A DNA stretch of 64,000 nucleotides. Origin: Candidatus Latescibacterota bacterium. Its GTDB lineage: Bacteria; Latescibacterota; UBA2968; UBA8231. Below are positions 39,667 through 50,494 of this stretch, piece by piece (positions within the stretch are counted from its first letter, which is position 1; each line of letters begins with the position of its first letter). The DNA lies in assembly GCA_963422735.1 (NCBI GenBank), contig OY730476.1:1696001-1760000 (forward strand), in the 5' to 3' direction. Below the pieces are notes generated by a model, which saw only the letters and a list, made by a program, of their open reading frames with translations, ran no database searches and was not told the DNA's origin. A program made the position numbers and the translations under genes.

Positions 39667-40584
39667 ATGGTTATGGAATTTCCCAAACTCGACGAAGCCC
39701 TGCGCTTGGATCGGTTGAAACCGCCGACAGACAAGGTGCGGATGGTGCTCGACACCGATACGTACAACGAGATCGACGATCAGTTCGCAGTGGTCCAAGC
39801 GCTGCTCTCGCCCGACCAGCTTGCAGTCGAGGCGATCTACGCGGCACCGTTCTACAACAGCCGTTCGGCCGGGCCGGGCGACGGGATGGAGAAAAGCTAC
39901 GCGGAAATCCTGCAGCTCTTGGAGCGGTTGGATATCTCGCCTGAGGGCTTGGTGTTCCGAGGAGCGACGGATATACTGCGAGACGACGCGCCGCAGGAAA
40001 GCGCAGCGGTCGATGACCTGATCGCCAAATCCAAAACCGCCGACCCGCTCTACGTGGTAGCTATCGGCGCGCTCACTAACATAGCGTCGGCTATTCTGCA
40101 AGATCCTGCCATAATCGAGCGGATCGTCGTGGTCTGGCTCGGCGGCCACGCTCACTACTGGCCAACGGCTGACGAATTCAACCTTCAAGGCGATCTCGTA
40201 GCAGCACAGGTGGTCTTTGACAGCGGCGTGCCCTTCGTCCAGATCCCATGCCACCCCGCGGCCTCGCACCTACAGACGACGCTGGCGGAGTTGGAGCGCT
40301 TCGTCAAGGGGCGAGGGGCGATTGGCGACTATTTGGTCGATATCTTCACCGCCTATTCCCAAAACCACTTCGCCTCTTCCAAGGTGATCTGGGACATGTC
40401 GGCGGTCGCTTGGCTGCTCGACGCATCGTGGGTGCCAACCGACGTGGTACATAGCCCGGTGTTGACCGATCAAAAGACTTGGAGCCACGACTCGTCGCGG
40501 CACTTTATGCGGGTGGCGCGAACGGTGCGGCGCGATGCGATCTTCGGAGATTTATTCGAGAAACTGGAATTGCGCCAGAGCTAG
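39667..40584 (+). CDS. Nucleoside hydrolase
   Basis: LDTDTYNEIDDQFA, IGALTNIA, WLGG, EFN, WD. Confidence 0.88.
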   Translation: MVMEFPKLDEALRLDRLKPPTDKVRMVLDTDTYNEIDDQFAVVQALLSPDQLAVEAIYAAPFYNSRSAGPGDGMEKSYAEILQLLERLDISPEGLVFRGATDILRDDAPQESAAVDDLIAKSKTADPLYVVAIGALTNIASAILQDPAIIERIVVVWLGGHAHYWPTADEFNLQGDLVAAQVVFDSGVPFVQIPCHPAASHLQTTLAELERFVKGRGAIGDYLVDIFTAYSQNHFASSKVIWDMSAVAWLLDASWVPTDVVHSPVLTDQKTWSHDSSRHFMRVARTVRRDAIFGDLFEKLELRQS

Positions 40585-40604
40585 TCGATTAGTAGCATAC
40601 ATCC

Positions 40605-43112
40605 ATGACCACTGTCGTCCTCGCCGAAAAGCCCAGTGTGGCGCGCGATATTGCCCGGGTCCTAGGGGCCAACAAACGCGGCAAAGGCTATGTCGAAGGC
40701 AACGGCTATATCGTCGCCTGGGCACTTGGGCACCTCGTGCAATTCGCCGAGCCAAACGATTACGGCCCGCCTTGGAACAGCCGCTGGTCTTTTGCCCAGC
40801 TACCGATGATCCCCGAGCAGTGGAAGCTCAAGGCGACGCGCTCGACCTCCGACCAGTACCAAATCGTCAAAAAATTGCTCAACAGCCCGCAGACGGAGCG
40901 CGTCATCTGCGCCACGGACGCCGGGCGCGAGGGCGAGCACATCTTTCGCCTGATCTACGAGCACGCCCGCTGCAAAAAGCCATGTAGCCGGCTGTGGGTT
41001 TCGAGCCTGACCGACGAGGCGATTCGGGGCGGTTTCCGCGCCTTGCAGGCGGGAGCGGCCTTCGATCATCTCGCTGCGGCCGCACGGGCGCGGGGCCAAG
41101 CCGACTGGTTGATGGGCATGAACCTGACCCGCGCCTATACTGTCCACAATAAGGCACTATGCACCATCGGCCGAGTGCAGACGCCAACCCTGTCCATGAT
41201 AGTCAAGCGCGATGCGGCGATTGCCAGCTTTGTAAAGGCGTACTTTTACGAGTTGGTCGCGCAGTTAGAAGAGGGCTTCGCCGCCAAGTACTGCAAAGAT
41301 GGCCAGACGCGCATCGACAAGAAGGAGGAAGCCGAGCGCCTCCATCGCCAGCTCAGCCCCAACAAGGTCGGCACCGTCCGCAAAATTGAGAAGAAAGTCA
41401 AAAAACATCGGCCACCCCCCCTCTACGACCTCAACAACCTCCAGCGCGACGCCAACCGCTACTTTGGCTTTACCGCGGCGCAAACCCTCGAACGCGCCCA
41501 AGCCCTCTACGAAACCCACAAGCTCATCACGTACCCGCGCACCGAGAGCCGCCACATCGCCGAGGACATGGTGCCCAAGCTGCCCGGTATCCTAGAAAAG
41601 CTAGCGCACCCTCAGGCAGCGGCTGCACTGGCGCGCCTGCGCGGTGGGCACCGGCTCAGCAGAGCGTATGTCGATCGCACCAAGCTCACCGATCACCACG
41701 CCATTATTCCCACCGGGCAACGGCCCACCCCTAATTTTGCACCGGACCTACAGAAGGTGTACGACTTGGTGGTGGCGCGCTTTGTCGGCGTCTTCCTGCC
41801 CGACCAAGTGGTTGAGGAGACGACTGTCTTGCTCGACATCGGCGGTGCCGATTTTGTGGCTAAAGGGTCTATCGTCTTAGAAGCGGGCTGGACGGTGGTG
41901 GAACCTGCCCCCGCGAAAGCGGGAGTGCGGCCTCCAGATGCTGCAAAAGGCAAGGGACAGAAAGACGACGATCAGCGACAGGTGCTCCCGCCGCTGCAAC
42001 AAGGTCAGCAAGTTCGCGTAACGCGCATGGATGTGGTCGAGAAGGAAACCCAGCCGCCCCGGCCGTACAACGACGCCACGCTCCTAGCGGCGATGAAAAA
42101 CGCCGGCCGCGAAATCGAGGACGACGAGTTGGCCGCGGCCATGAAGGAATCGGGGCTGGGCACACCGGCGACGAGGGCCGAGACCATCGAAAAGCTGATT
42201 CGCACCGGCTATGTAGTCCGCAACCACAAGGCGATCACCTCGACAGAGAAGGGCAAAGCCCTAGTGAGCTTGGTGGCCGAACCGCTGCGTAGCCCGGAAC
42301 TGACGGCCGAGTGGGAGCAGCAGCTCAAGGAAATCGAGGAAGGACAGCGGCCGGTGGCCGGGTTCTACGAAGAGATCGCCGAGCTGGTGAGGACGCTAGT
42401 GCCCACCGTTCAGCAGGGGCCGGCGCTCTCGCCCGAGCAAGCGGCGCAGGCACAAGGCAAGAAGAGGGGCAAGGGGAAAGGCCGCGGCAAGGTGTTAGGG
42501 CCTTGTCCCAAGTGCAAAGAGGGGCAAGTAGTAGAAAACGCCAAAGCGTACGGATGCAGCCGCTACCGGGAGGGCTGCAACTTGACTATCTGGAAGACGG
42601 TGGCACACAAGCGGCTAACCGAAAAGCAGGCGCAGTTGTTGATGGCCAACGGTCGCACCGAAAAGATGCAGGGCTTTATCTCCAAGGCCGGCAAGAAGTT
42701 TGCGGCGCGGCTCAAATTCGACGATGAGTTCAAAGTCGTCTTTGAGTTTGATGATCGGCCGCGAAATGGCTCCTCTAGCCCCTCAGCCCAACAGAGGCCA
42801 CCAGAGGAGACTGTCCGATCCGCCGCCGACCCATGGGCCGCCCTTACCTGCCCCAAGTGTCGGCAGGGCCAAATCATCGAGGGCCAACGCGGCTTTGGCT
42901 GCAATCGCTATCGCCAAGGATGCGACTTCGTGGTGTGGAAGGAAATGGCGGGCAAGAAGCTAACGGAACGGCAGATACAGACCTTGATCGCCAAAGGCAA
43001 AACCGGGGTGATCAAGGGCTTCAAAAGCAAAAAGGGCGGCAAGTTCGACGCGCGGTTGAGGCTCGGGCCGGAGTGCAAGGCCGCGTTTGATTTTCCCGCC
43101 AACGCGTGCTGA
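40605..43112 (+). CDS. topB: DNA topoisomerase III with C-terminal Zn-ribbon/Toprim_Crpt repeats
   Basis: AEKPSVA, ATDAGREGE, GRVQTP, TYPRT, GLGTPATR; two CPKC..C.F.WK repeats. Confidence 0.93.
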   Translation: MTTVVLAEKPSVARDIARVLGANKRGKGYVEGNGYIVAWALGHLVQFAEPNDYGPPWNSRWSFAQLPMIPEQWKLKATRSTSDQYQIVKKLLNSPQTERVICATDAGREGEHIFRLIYEHARCKKPCSRLWVSSLTDEAIRGGFRALQAGAAFDHLAAAARARGQADWLMGMNLTRAYTVHNKALCTIGRVQTPTLSMIVKRDAAIASFVKAYFYELVAQLEEGFAAKYCKDGQTRIDKKEEAERLHRQLSPNKVGTVRKIEKKVKKHRPPPLYDLNNLQRDANRYFGFTAAQTLERAQALYETHKLITYPRTESRHIAEDMVPKLPGILEKLAHPQAAAALARLRGGHRLSRAYVDRTKLTDHHAIIPTGQRPTPNFAPDLQKVYDLVVARFVGVFLPDQVVEETTVLLDIGGADFVAKGSIVLEAGWTVVEPAPAKAGVRPPDAAKGKGQKDDDQRQVLPPLQQGQQVRVTRMDVVEKETQPPRPYNDATLLAAMKNAGREIEDDELAAAMKESGLGTPATRAETIEKLIRTGYVVRNHKAITSTEKGKALVSLVAEPLRSPELTAEWEQQLKEIEEGQRPVAGFYEEIAELVRTLVPTVQQGPALSPEQAAQAQGKKRGKGKGRGKVLGPCPKCKEGQVVENAKAYGCSRYREGCNLTIWKTVAHKRLTEKQAQLLMANGRTEKMQGFISKAGKKFAARLKFDDEFKVVFEFDDRPRNGSSSPSAQQRPPEETVRSAADPWAALTCPKCRQGQIIEGQRGFGCNRYRQGCDFVVWKEMAGKKLTERQIQTLIAKGKTGVIKGFKSKKGGKFDARLRLGPECKAAFDFPANAC

Positions 43113-43113
43113 C

Positions 43114-43692
43114 ATGGCTCTCCAACGCTGCCCGTGGCTCGACCTCGACAAACCCGATTACGTCGCGTACCACGACCGCGAGTGGGGAGTCCCGGTCCAC
43201 GATGACTGCAAGCACTTCGAGTTTCTCACCCTCGAATCCGCCCAAGCTGGCCTCAGTTGGTACACCGTCCTGAGCAAGCGAGCCAACTACCGCAAAGCCT
43301 TCGCCGAATTCGACCCTGCCAAAGTCGCTTGCTTCAGCGCGGCCAAAATCGAACAGATGCTCCAAGACCCCGGGCTGATTCGGAATCGCCGCAAGATCGG
43401 CGCGGCCGTAGAAAACGCTCGGCACTTCCTCGCCATGCAGGACGAATTCGGCAGCTTCGACGCCTATATTTGGCGCTTTGTCGATGGCAGACCCATTGTC
43501 AACGAGTTTAGCACCCTCGCCGATTTACCGGCCACCAGCCGCGAATCCGACGCCCTGAGCAAAGACCTCAAGATCCGCGGCTTCAAATTCATCGGCTCAA
43601 CCGTCATCTACGCCCACATGCAGGCTACTGGCTTGGTCAACGACCACGTGCTCGGCTGCTTCCGCCGCGGCCAGATTCTCAACGCGGGCTAG
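43114..43692 (+). CDS. tag: DNA-3-methyladenine glycosylase I
   Basis: RC.W, YHD.EWG.P, LE.AQAGLSW, IRNR.KI, GFKF.G, NDH..C. Confidence 0.95.
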   Translation: MALQRCPWLDLDKPDYVAYHDREWGVPVHDDCKHFEFLTLESAQAGLSWYTVLSKRANYRKAFAEFDPAKVACFSAAKIEQMLQDPGLIRNRRKIGAAVENARHFLAMQDEFGSFDAYIWRFVDGRPIVNEFSTLADLPATSRESDALSKDLKIRGFKFIGSTVIYAHMQATGLVNDHVLGCFRRGQILNAG

Positions 43693-43715
43693 GTGCCCCG
43701 CAATGGAGAACCCCG

Positions 43716-44447
43716 GTGCTCAGCAACGAACAATACCAACACTTTCAGACCTTTGGCTTCATCATCCTGCGCCAATTCTTCACCGCCGCCGAGGTGGCCA
43801 CCTTGAGCGCAGAGTTTGAAAAGGGCCTCGACCTCGCTTATGCACACCGCCCCTTCGACGGCTCTGAGCGCCATTGGGTGCCGCAAATGGGGCCGAGCAC
43901 GCCCTTGTACGCCAGCTTGCTAGAAGAAGAGCACTTCTGGTCAATTACCGCGCAGCTCTACGGCGAGGATGCCAACCGCTACGTCGGCGACACTCGCTGG
44001 CACCCCGATCACCGCGTCGATTCCACCGAAGACTGCTACGGAATCAAGTTTGCCTTCTATCTCGATTCGGTCCGCCCGGATACAGGTGTGCCTGGCTCGC
44101 ACAAAAACCCGCTGCACGACGACCTGCGGGCATACATCGAGGACCAAGGCATGGAGCTGGCAGATATCCCCTCGTGCGCCTGCTCCTCCGAGCCGGGCGA
44201 CGGTTGGCACTCCAGCTTCGGTGGGCGGCAGGGACGCCGCATGAGCACCTGCGTGTACTACAAAAACCCCGAGACCCCGGCGCAAGAACGAGCCGCACGG
44301 CAGCGCACCCAAAAAGCCACCAAGCACCCGCCCAATACCACCGCCCCAACGACCCGCTCATCCACCCCTATTGGCTCGGCCAGCCCCTTGCGCCAACGCT
44401 GGATCGAGCGGTTGGACGCCCTCGGCTTCCTGCATCCAGCGGCCTGA
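43716..44447 (+). pseudogene. PhyH-family dioxygenase eroded by several small internal deletions
   Basis: WHPD present but core segments are abutted (DTG|VPGSH, PGD|GWH); C-terminal frame disturbance. Confidence 0.65.
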
Positions 44448-44524
44448 GCCTTGGGCCGCAACGTTGCCACACTAGCTTTCGTACAGTTTTCGACCTGATC
44501 CTTTCGCCCCACAAGGAGCCTCTC

Positions 44525-45508
44525 ATGCACGTCGGCACCCAGCAGTTCAATACATCGGACGAAGATCTCGAATATCTGGCCCGCCACGGGGTCTTCAACA
44601 AGAACGAAAACTTCATCGCGTTCCACCGCGAATACGGTTGGGACGTCGAAGAGTTGGTCGCCAAGAAGGAGAAGTGCGCCCGCTTTGGCATCGACATGGA
44701 GATGGTTGCCCTGCCCATGGCCCAATTCAATATCAACGGCGAGGCCGTGCCCAACTTTATGATGGGTAACTACGAAGAGGGCGATAAGGAAATTGAGCTG
44801 GTCGTCAACATGGTGCGGCAGGCGGCCGAAGCCGGCATCCCAGCCATCAAATACTACCTCTGCGCCCTCGAAAACCAGCGCACCGCAAGCATCCCCCCCG
44901 GCCGCGGCGGCTCCATCTACAGCACGTGGGACCTCGAAAAGGCCGACGCCGATACGCCTCGCTACGACCAACCGGTCACCGCAGAGGAAAACTGGCGTCG
45001 CATCACTTATTTCTTGGAGCGAGTCATCCCGGTCGCCACTGAGTGCAAGGTCCGCATGGCCTGCCATCCCTGCGACCCCTGGCTGCCGCCCGGCTTTAAG
45101 GGCGTCGATCGCGTGATGGGCGGCTTTGACGGCTTCAAGCAGTTTATCGAGATCTGCCCTAGCCCCTACCACGGCGTCAACCTGTGCTTGGGCTGCATGG
45201 CCGAAAGCGTCGAAGATCCGCTCAACGAGGTACCGGAGATCATCCGCTACTTAGGCTCGCGCAACAAAATTTTCCTCTGCCACTTTCGCAACATCGTCGG
45301 CAAGCGCAACAAGTTCCAAGAGGTCTGGCCGGATGAAGGGGTGATGAACATGCACCGCAATATGCAGGCCCTCCAAGAAGTGGGCTACCAGCACATGTGC
45401 GTCCCGGATCACGCGCCCGGGCACAAAGACCCCCACAGTATGCGCCAAGCTTGGGCCTATGAATTTGGCTATATCCAAGCCATGCTCCAAGCGGTAATGA
45501 GCGCGTGA
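44525..45508 (+). CDS. Mannonate dehydratase (UxuA-like)
   Basis: W..ITYFLERVIPVA, HPCDP, CLGC, HFRN, PDHAP; AGGAG RBS. Confidence 0.85.
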   Translation: MHVGTQQFNTSDEDLEYLARHGVFNKNENFIAFHREYGWDVEELVAKKEKCARFGIDMEMVALPMAQFNINGEAVPNFMMGNYEEGDKEIELVVNMVRQAAEAGIPAIKYYLCALENQRTASIPPGRGGSIYSTWDLEKADADTPRYDQPVTAEENWRRITYFLERVIPVATECKVRMACHPCDPWLPPGFKGVDRVMGGFDGFKQFIEICPSPYHGVNLCLGCMAESVEDPLNEVPEIIRYLGSRNKIFLCHFRNIVGKRNKFQEVWPDEGVMNMHRNMQALQEVGYQHMCVPDHAPGHKDPHSMRQAWAYEFGYIQAMLQAVMSA

Positions 45509-45569
45509 CCACATTTTTGGCGCGGCGGTCGGCAAGGGGCCACTGGCGGTCTCTTGCCGACCGCGCTAG

Positions 45570-46400
45570 GTGCCCATGAGCACCGCCCATCCACTGCGCG
45601 ACATCGAGCGCATCAACGGGCCGCCCGGCCTGTATCTCGAAGCAATCGGCACCATCTTCGCCACCTTCGGTGCGGCCACCCAAGACTCCGGCAATGTCTC
45701 CTATGGCGTGCAGGTTGGCGGCGAGTGCTTCTTCGTCAAAACCACCGATCCCGAGGCCGAGGTATTCGGCGACCACGCGACCCGCGTGGCACTCCTGTAC
45801 AATGCGGCTCGGCTCAAGCGCAGCTGCGATCATCCGACCTTGCCGACCCTGCATTGCATCGTCGAAACTGCACACGGCCCGGCACTCGTGTACGACTGGG
45901 TTGACGGCGAGTGCTTGCACGGTGGACGCGACGATTGGCAATCGGCGCATCAGCGATTTCGCCGCCTGCCCGCCGCCGCCATTCTCGCCGTGCTCGACGC
46001 GATTTACGATTTGCACGTCCGGCTCGCCCAACGCGGGTGGGTTGCCGTGGATTTCTACGATGGCTGTCTGATGTACGACTTCAAACGCCAAGTCGCGCAT
46101 ATCGTGGATCTCGACATGTATCACTTGGGGGCATTCACCAATCAGATGGGGCGGATGTTTGGCTCGACGCGCTTTATGGCTCCAGAGGAATTTGAGCGCG
46201 GTGCGCTAATCGACGAGCGCACGACCGTCTTCGCCATGGACCGCACCGCAATCGCCTTTCTCGGCAACGACATCGGCGGTGCGTTGGGTAAGGTCGTGCG
46301 GCGCGCCTGTCGCGATGAGCGCACGGCGCGCTACCGCTCTATGGAGGAATTTTGCGCTGCTTGGCAGCAGGTGAGGCGGCTAGGGCACTGTATCCTTTAG
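45570..46400 (+). CDS. Stand-alone Ser/Thr kinase-like protein
   Basis: FFVK, HP.LP, DFYDG atypical catalytic loop, DLD, GSTRFMAPEE. Confidence 0.75.
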   Translation: MPMSTAHPLRDIERINGPPGLYLEAIGTIFATFGAATQDSGNVSYGVQVGGECFFVKTTDPEAEVFGDHATRVALLYNAARLKRSCDHPTLPTLHCIVETAHGPALVYDWVDGECLHGGRDDWQSAHQRFRRLPAAAILAVLDAIYDLHVRLAQRGWVAVDFYDGCLMYDFKRQVAHIVDLDMYHLGAFTNQMGRMFGSTRFMAPEEFERGALIDERTTVFAMDRTAIAFLGNDIGGALGKVVRRACRDERTARYRSMEEFCAAWQQVRRLGHCIL

Positions 46401-46473
46401 GTGCCAAAACCGTAGCGTCTAGCCCCCATTCTGCATTTCACACATCCCTACCAATCTCAGAGCACATCCTCGC

Positions 46474-46488
46474 TGGCACGGTTCTTGT
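46474..46488 (+). promoter_or_regulatory. Possible sigma-54 -24/-12 promoter
   Basis: TGGCACG-N4-TTGT upstream of comM; one mismatch at the -12 C. Confidence 0.35.
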
Positions 46489-46521
46489 TTCCTTTTGCCT
46501 GTCTCAACGGAAAGGAACCCC

Positions 46522-48048
46522 ATGCCCTCCACCGTCCTCTCGGCCGCTACGCTCGGGATTGACGCGTATCCGGTCCACGTAGAAGTCGATACCGACCGCA
46601 GCTTGCCGACCTTCGCGGTCGTCGGCCTGCCCGACTCCGCAGTCCGCGAAAGCAAGGAGCGCGTCTTGGCGGCCATCAAAAACGCCGGCTATCAGTGGCC
46701 GCGCCGCAAGATCACCATCAACCTCGCGCCGGCCGATCGCAAGAAGGAAGGTTCGGCTTTCGACCTGCCCATAGCCGTCGGCGTCTTAGCAGCCTCCCAA
46801 CAGATCGAGCCCGTGTGCCTCGCCGAGTTCGCGCTCTTGGGCGAGCTGTCGCTCAACGGCAGCGTGCGCCCGGTTCACGGCATGCTTTCCATGGCCACGT
46901 CCCTGCATCAGCAGGGCCTCTACGGCATGATCGTGCCGACGCAAAATGCCCGCGAAGCCGCCATTGCCAATGGACCGCTCATTTATGGCGTCAGTTCGCT
47001 GAGCGAAGCCCTAAGCATTTTGACCGGCGACGCGCGCCAACGGCCCTACGAATTGAACGTGGAGGAGATGTTTCGCAGCAACGCCAACTACGGGGTTGAC
47101 TTTGCGGAAGTGCGCGGCCAAGATCACGCCAAGCGCGCCCTCGAAGTCGCCGCCAGCGGGGGACACAACTTGCTCATGGTCGGGCCGCCTGGGTCGGGCA
47201 AGACCATGCTCGCCCGCCGCCTACCCACGATCCTCCCGGCACCAACTATGCGAGAGGCACTCGACACTACCAAGATCCATTCGGTCGCCGGCATCCTTCC
47301 CCCAGGCCAAGCTCTAGTCGCCACCCGGCCTTTCCGCGCCCCGCACCACACCATCTCGGACGCTGGCCTCATCGGCGGCGGTGCGTACCCCCGTCCGGGC
47401 GAGGTGTCGCTCTCCCACCACGGCGTGCTCTTTCTAGACGAGCTGCCCGAATTTCGCCGCAATGTCGTCGAGGCTCTGCGCCAGCCGCTCGAAGACCACG
47501 CCGTCACCATCACGCGGGCGCAGATCGCGATCGCCTACCCAGCGGATTTTACCCTCGTCGCAGCGATGAATCCCTGCCCTTGCGGCTACCTTGCGGACGC
47601 CCGCCACACCTGCACCTGCTCTCTGGCCGCAATCCGCCGCTATCGCGCGCGCGTTTCCGGACCACTCCTCGACCGCATCGACATCCACATCGAAGTGCCA
47701 GCCCTCGCCTACGACGACTTGGCCAACAGGGAAGGCGGCGAAGACTCAGCGCAAATCCGCCAGCGCGTCAACGCCGCCCGCCAGCGGCAACTCGACCGCT
47801 TTGCCGGGGAGCTATTCTGCAACGCCCAGATGAGTACGCGACACATCCGCTGCCACTGCTTGCTCGACGACGCCGGGCAGGCCCTGCTCGAAAAAGCCAT
47901 GGCCCGCCTCGGCCTCTCGGCCCGAGCCTACGACCGCATCCTCAAAGTCGCCCGCACCATAGCCGACTTGGCCGACGCGCCGATCCAGTCGCAGCACCTA
48001 GCGGAGGCCATACAATATCGGGCACTTGATCGCAGCGGCCTTCTGTAG
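46522..48048 (+). CDS. comM: ComM/YifB Mg-chelatase-like AAA+ ATPase
   Basis: [52 protein letters not shown]. Confidence 0.93.
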   Translation: MPSTVLSAATLGIDAYPVHVEVDTDRSLPTFAVVGLPDSAVRESKERVLAAIKNAGYQWPRRKITINLAPADRKKEGSAFDLPIAVGVLAASQQIEPVCLAEFALLGELSLNGSVRPVHGMLSMATSLHQQGLYGMIVPTQNAREAAIANGPLIYGVSSLSEALSILTGDARQRPYELNVEEMFRSNANYGVDFAEVRGQDHAKRALEVAASGGHNLLMVGPPGSGKTMLARRLPTILPAPTMREALDTTKIHSVAGILPPGQALVATRPFRAPHHTISDAGLIGGGAYPRPGEVSLSHHGVLFLDELPEFRRNVVEALRQPLEDHAVTITRAQIAIAYPADFTLVAAMNPCPCGYLADARHTCTCSLAAIRRYRARVSGPLLDRIDIHIEVPALAYDDLANREGGEDSAQIRQRVNAARQRQLDRFAGELFCNAQMSTRHIRCHCLLDDAGQALLEKAMARLGLSARAYDRILKVARTIADLADAPIQSQHLAEAIQYRALDRSGLL

Positions 48049-48128
48049 TTTGGGAACGTAGCGCATTAAGTGCCCGCGCTTCATATTCCTATGTAGATAG
48101 CCGTCCCCACCACAAAAAGGAAACGACC

Positions 48129-49058
48129 ATGGCCCCTAGTCCTGACCCGCGAATTCCCTGGTACACCTCCATCGGTGCGGTGACCGTAGAAAAGCACGCC
48201 CTGGACAAACCGCACCAAGGCAAGGTACTGGCCGCCGTCCAAGCCCACGCGGATGATATTCCCCTCTTTTGCGCCGGCCTCGTCGCCAAGCTCATCGCCG
48301 AAGGCTACACCGCCTACTTGATCCAGACCACCAACGACGAGAAGTGCGGACCGGGGACGATAGGCGAGACGATCCTCCAAAACGAGCGCGAAGTCGAAGT
48401 GCTGGCCGGGGAGTTGGGCTTCAAACAGGTCATCCACCTCGGCTACCGCAATCACTTTCTCGATGAAGCCGCTCCCACCGAGCTGAGGGCCCGGCTGGTA
48501 TTTTTGATCCACGCCCTCAAAATCGACACCATCACCACCTTCAGCCCTTGGGGCCACTGGGAGGAAAACCCCGATCACTACATCACCGGCCAAGCGGTCG
48601 AAGCGGCTCGCTGGATGGCCGGCATGAACAAGGATTACCCCGAACAACTTTCCTGCGGCCTCCAGCCTCACTCGGTCAAAGACCTCTACTACTGGACCTG
48701 CCGCCCGGGCCAGCCCTACAACACAGTCGTCGATATAGCACCTCATCTCGACGCAAAGGTTGCCGCAATGAGCACCAACAAGGCTCAGGGGCCAGCGGGG
48801 GGCCACGGTCGCCGCCTCAAGGAAGGGCTAGCGCGCCAAGGCAAACACCTACCCGCCTTGGGCAATGACGACGAAGAGGCCGACCGCCAGTACATCCGCC
48901 TCTTTGGCTTGCAAGAGTACCAGCACATTGGCGAGCGCTATGGCTTGGACTACGCCGAGGCGTTCTACTACATGCCGCCCGGCGGAACCTTTACCGGCGC
49001 GATGAGCGGAGCGGAGATCGAGCGCTATGTCGAAGAGCACGCCGAGGACTTGGGCTGA
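48129..49058 (+). CDS. PIG-L/LmbE family deacetylase
   Basis: AHADD, NPDH, YAEAF. Confidence 0.82.
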   Translation: MAPSPDPRIPWYTSIGAVTVEKHALDKPHQGKVLAAVQAHADDIPLFCAGLVAKLIAEGYTAYLIQTTNDEKCGPGTIGETILQNEREVEVLAGELGFKQVIHLGYRNHFLDEAAPTELRARLVFLIHALKIDTITTFSPWGHWEENPDHYITGQAVEAARWMAGMNKDYPEQLSCGLQPHSVKDLYYWTCRPGQPYNTVVDIAPHLDAKVAAMSTNKAQGPAGGHGRRLKEGLARQGKHLPALGNDDEEADRQYIRLFGLQEYQHIGERYGLDYAEAFYYMPPGGTFTGAMSGAEIERYVEEHAEDLG

Positions 49059-49158
49059 GCGCACTGTTGCAGACCGGAGACTAGAAGACGCCGAGAAATT
49101 TACACTTCAATGGGAATTTCTTTAATTTGCCCGCACAACGGATTGGGGAGAAGCCGCT

Positions 49159-50043
49159 ATGAAACTCACGATAGAACAGCTTGCAGAATTCGACACCCGC
49201 GGCGTGATCATTGCCCGCGAGGCTCTAACCCACGACGATTTGCAGCCAGTAATCGACGAACTGTCCGCGTGGATTGACGTGCGTGCGCGGACGCTGCATG
49301 AGGAAGGCGCAATAGCCGACCTGTACGAGGACGCCCCGTTTACCACGCGCTACGGCTTGCTGTTCAAACAATGCCCTGAGATCGGACGCGGAATGGACAT
49401 TATGCACTATCGGGGCCGGGCGATGTTCGAGTTTTTGCACAACGAAAATCTGCTCGACCTGCTCGAATCGCTGCTGGGCCCCGAGTTGATCTGCAACCCC
49501 ATCCAGCACCTGCGAGCCAAGCCGCCGCAAGCCTACGAAAACCGCGAAGGCCCCTCTTTCCACAACGCGCCTTGGCACCAAGACGCCGGCGTGATGATGC
49601 CGGAAGCCGAAGGCTCTGACGTGGTCACCTGCTGGCTGCCTTTGGCCAAAGCCACGATAGAGACCGGCTGCATGGAGGTCTTGCCCGGCCTCGTCGAAAC
49701 TGGCTATCTCCGGCATTTGGCGGCCGGTGGCACCACCATCGCTCCCGAGGCCATGCCCCAAGTTGAACCCATTCCCTTGGAGTGCAAGCGCGGCGATGTG
49801 GTGCTCATGAGCCGCTTTACCCCCCATCGCTCCACTCCCAACTACTCCCATCAGTGCCGTTGGTCGCTGGATCTGCGCTACCAACCCGCCGGCCAGCACA
49901 CCGGCCGCACTGGCCACCCCGATTTTGTCGCGCGCTCCCGCCGCGATCCGTCCAGCGAGCTGACCGACTACGAGGAATGGTACCGCTTGTGGATCGACGC
50001 CTTTGAGCATCCTCGCGGCGTGGTCGCGCACCGCGGAGAATAG
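49159..50043 (+). CDS. PhyH-family Fe(II)/2OG dioxygenase
   Basis: WHQD, GCM.V.PG, GDV..M...TPH.S, RWSLDLRY. Confidence 0.9.
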   Translation: MKLTIEQLAEFDTRGVIIAREALTHDDLQPVIDELSAWIDVRARTLHEEGAIADLYEDAPFTTRYGLLFKQCPEIGRGMDIMHYRGRAMFEFLHNENLLDLLESLLGPELICNPIQHLRAKPPQAYENREGPSFHNAPWHQDAGVMMPEAEGSDVVTCWLPLAKATIETGCMEVLPGLVETGYLRHLAAGGTTIAPEAMPQVEPIPLECKRGDVVLMSRFTPHRSTPNYSHQCRWSLDLRYQPAGQHTGRTGHPDFVARSRRDPSSELTDYEEWYRLWIDAFEHPRGVVAHRGE

Positions 50044-50064
50044 CGCGGTGGTACAAGCAAACCC

Positions 50065-50220
50065 ATGCCCAAAACCAGCGAGATCGCCTTTAACGTCGAG
50101 CTGTCGAACGTGCTGCGGAGCAAAAGAGCATCCTCCGCGAGGCTGCCCTACAGCCGGACGTCGTCATTCGCCCTCCGAGTGGTATCCCGGTCGTCCTCGA
50201 AACCGAATTTGAACCTCGCT
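50065..50220 (+). pseudogene. N-terminal remnant of a large fused (Type IIG-like) restriction-modification enzyme
   Basis: MPKTSEIAFNVELSNVLRSK, then shifted-frame ILREAALQPDVVIRPPSGIPVVLETEFEP (PD..ExE nuclease-like motif). Confidence 0.5.
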
Positions 50221-50494
50221 ATTCTGCTGAAGAGACGGCACGGCGGTGGCGACGCGGGAGAAATCTATTCGGCATGGGCATTGGGGCACACTATATTCGG
50301 GGCGGGACAGCGGGCAGGCTTTGTGGATGTATTGGCCGAAGTACCCACGGAGGTTGGGGGCGACTGGCCATGATGAGAGAAAGGCTGCCCATTGTCAAAG
50401 TAGGCTGAAAGGCGGCTTCGCAGATGCCAGAGAAACCCATCGCTAGATATGAAGCACCTATAATCCATGATCTATATGTGAAAGGAGCCGTTAC

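Noticed and set aside
45570-46400. Kinase as the activator of the STND-motif sigma
   Set aside because: About 10 kb away in an unrelated gene run; known ECF-activating kinases are adjacent to their sigma.
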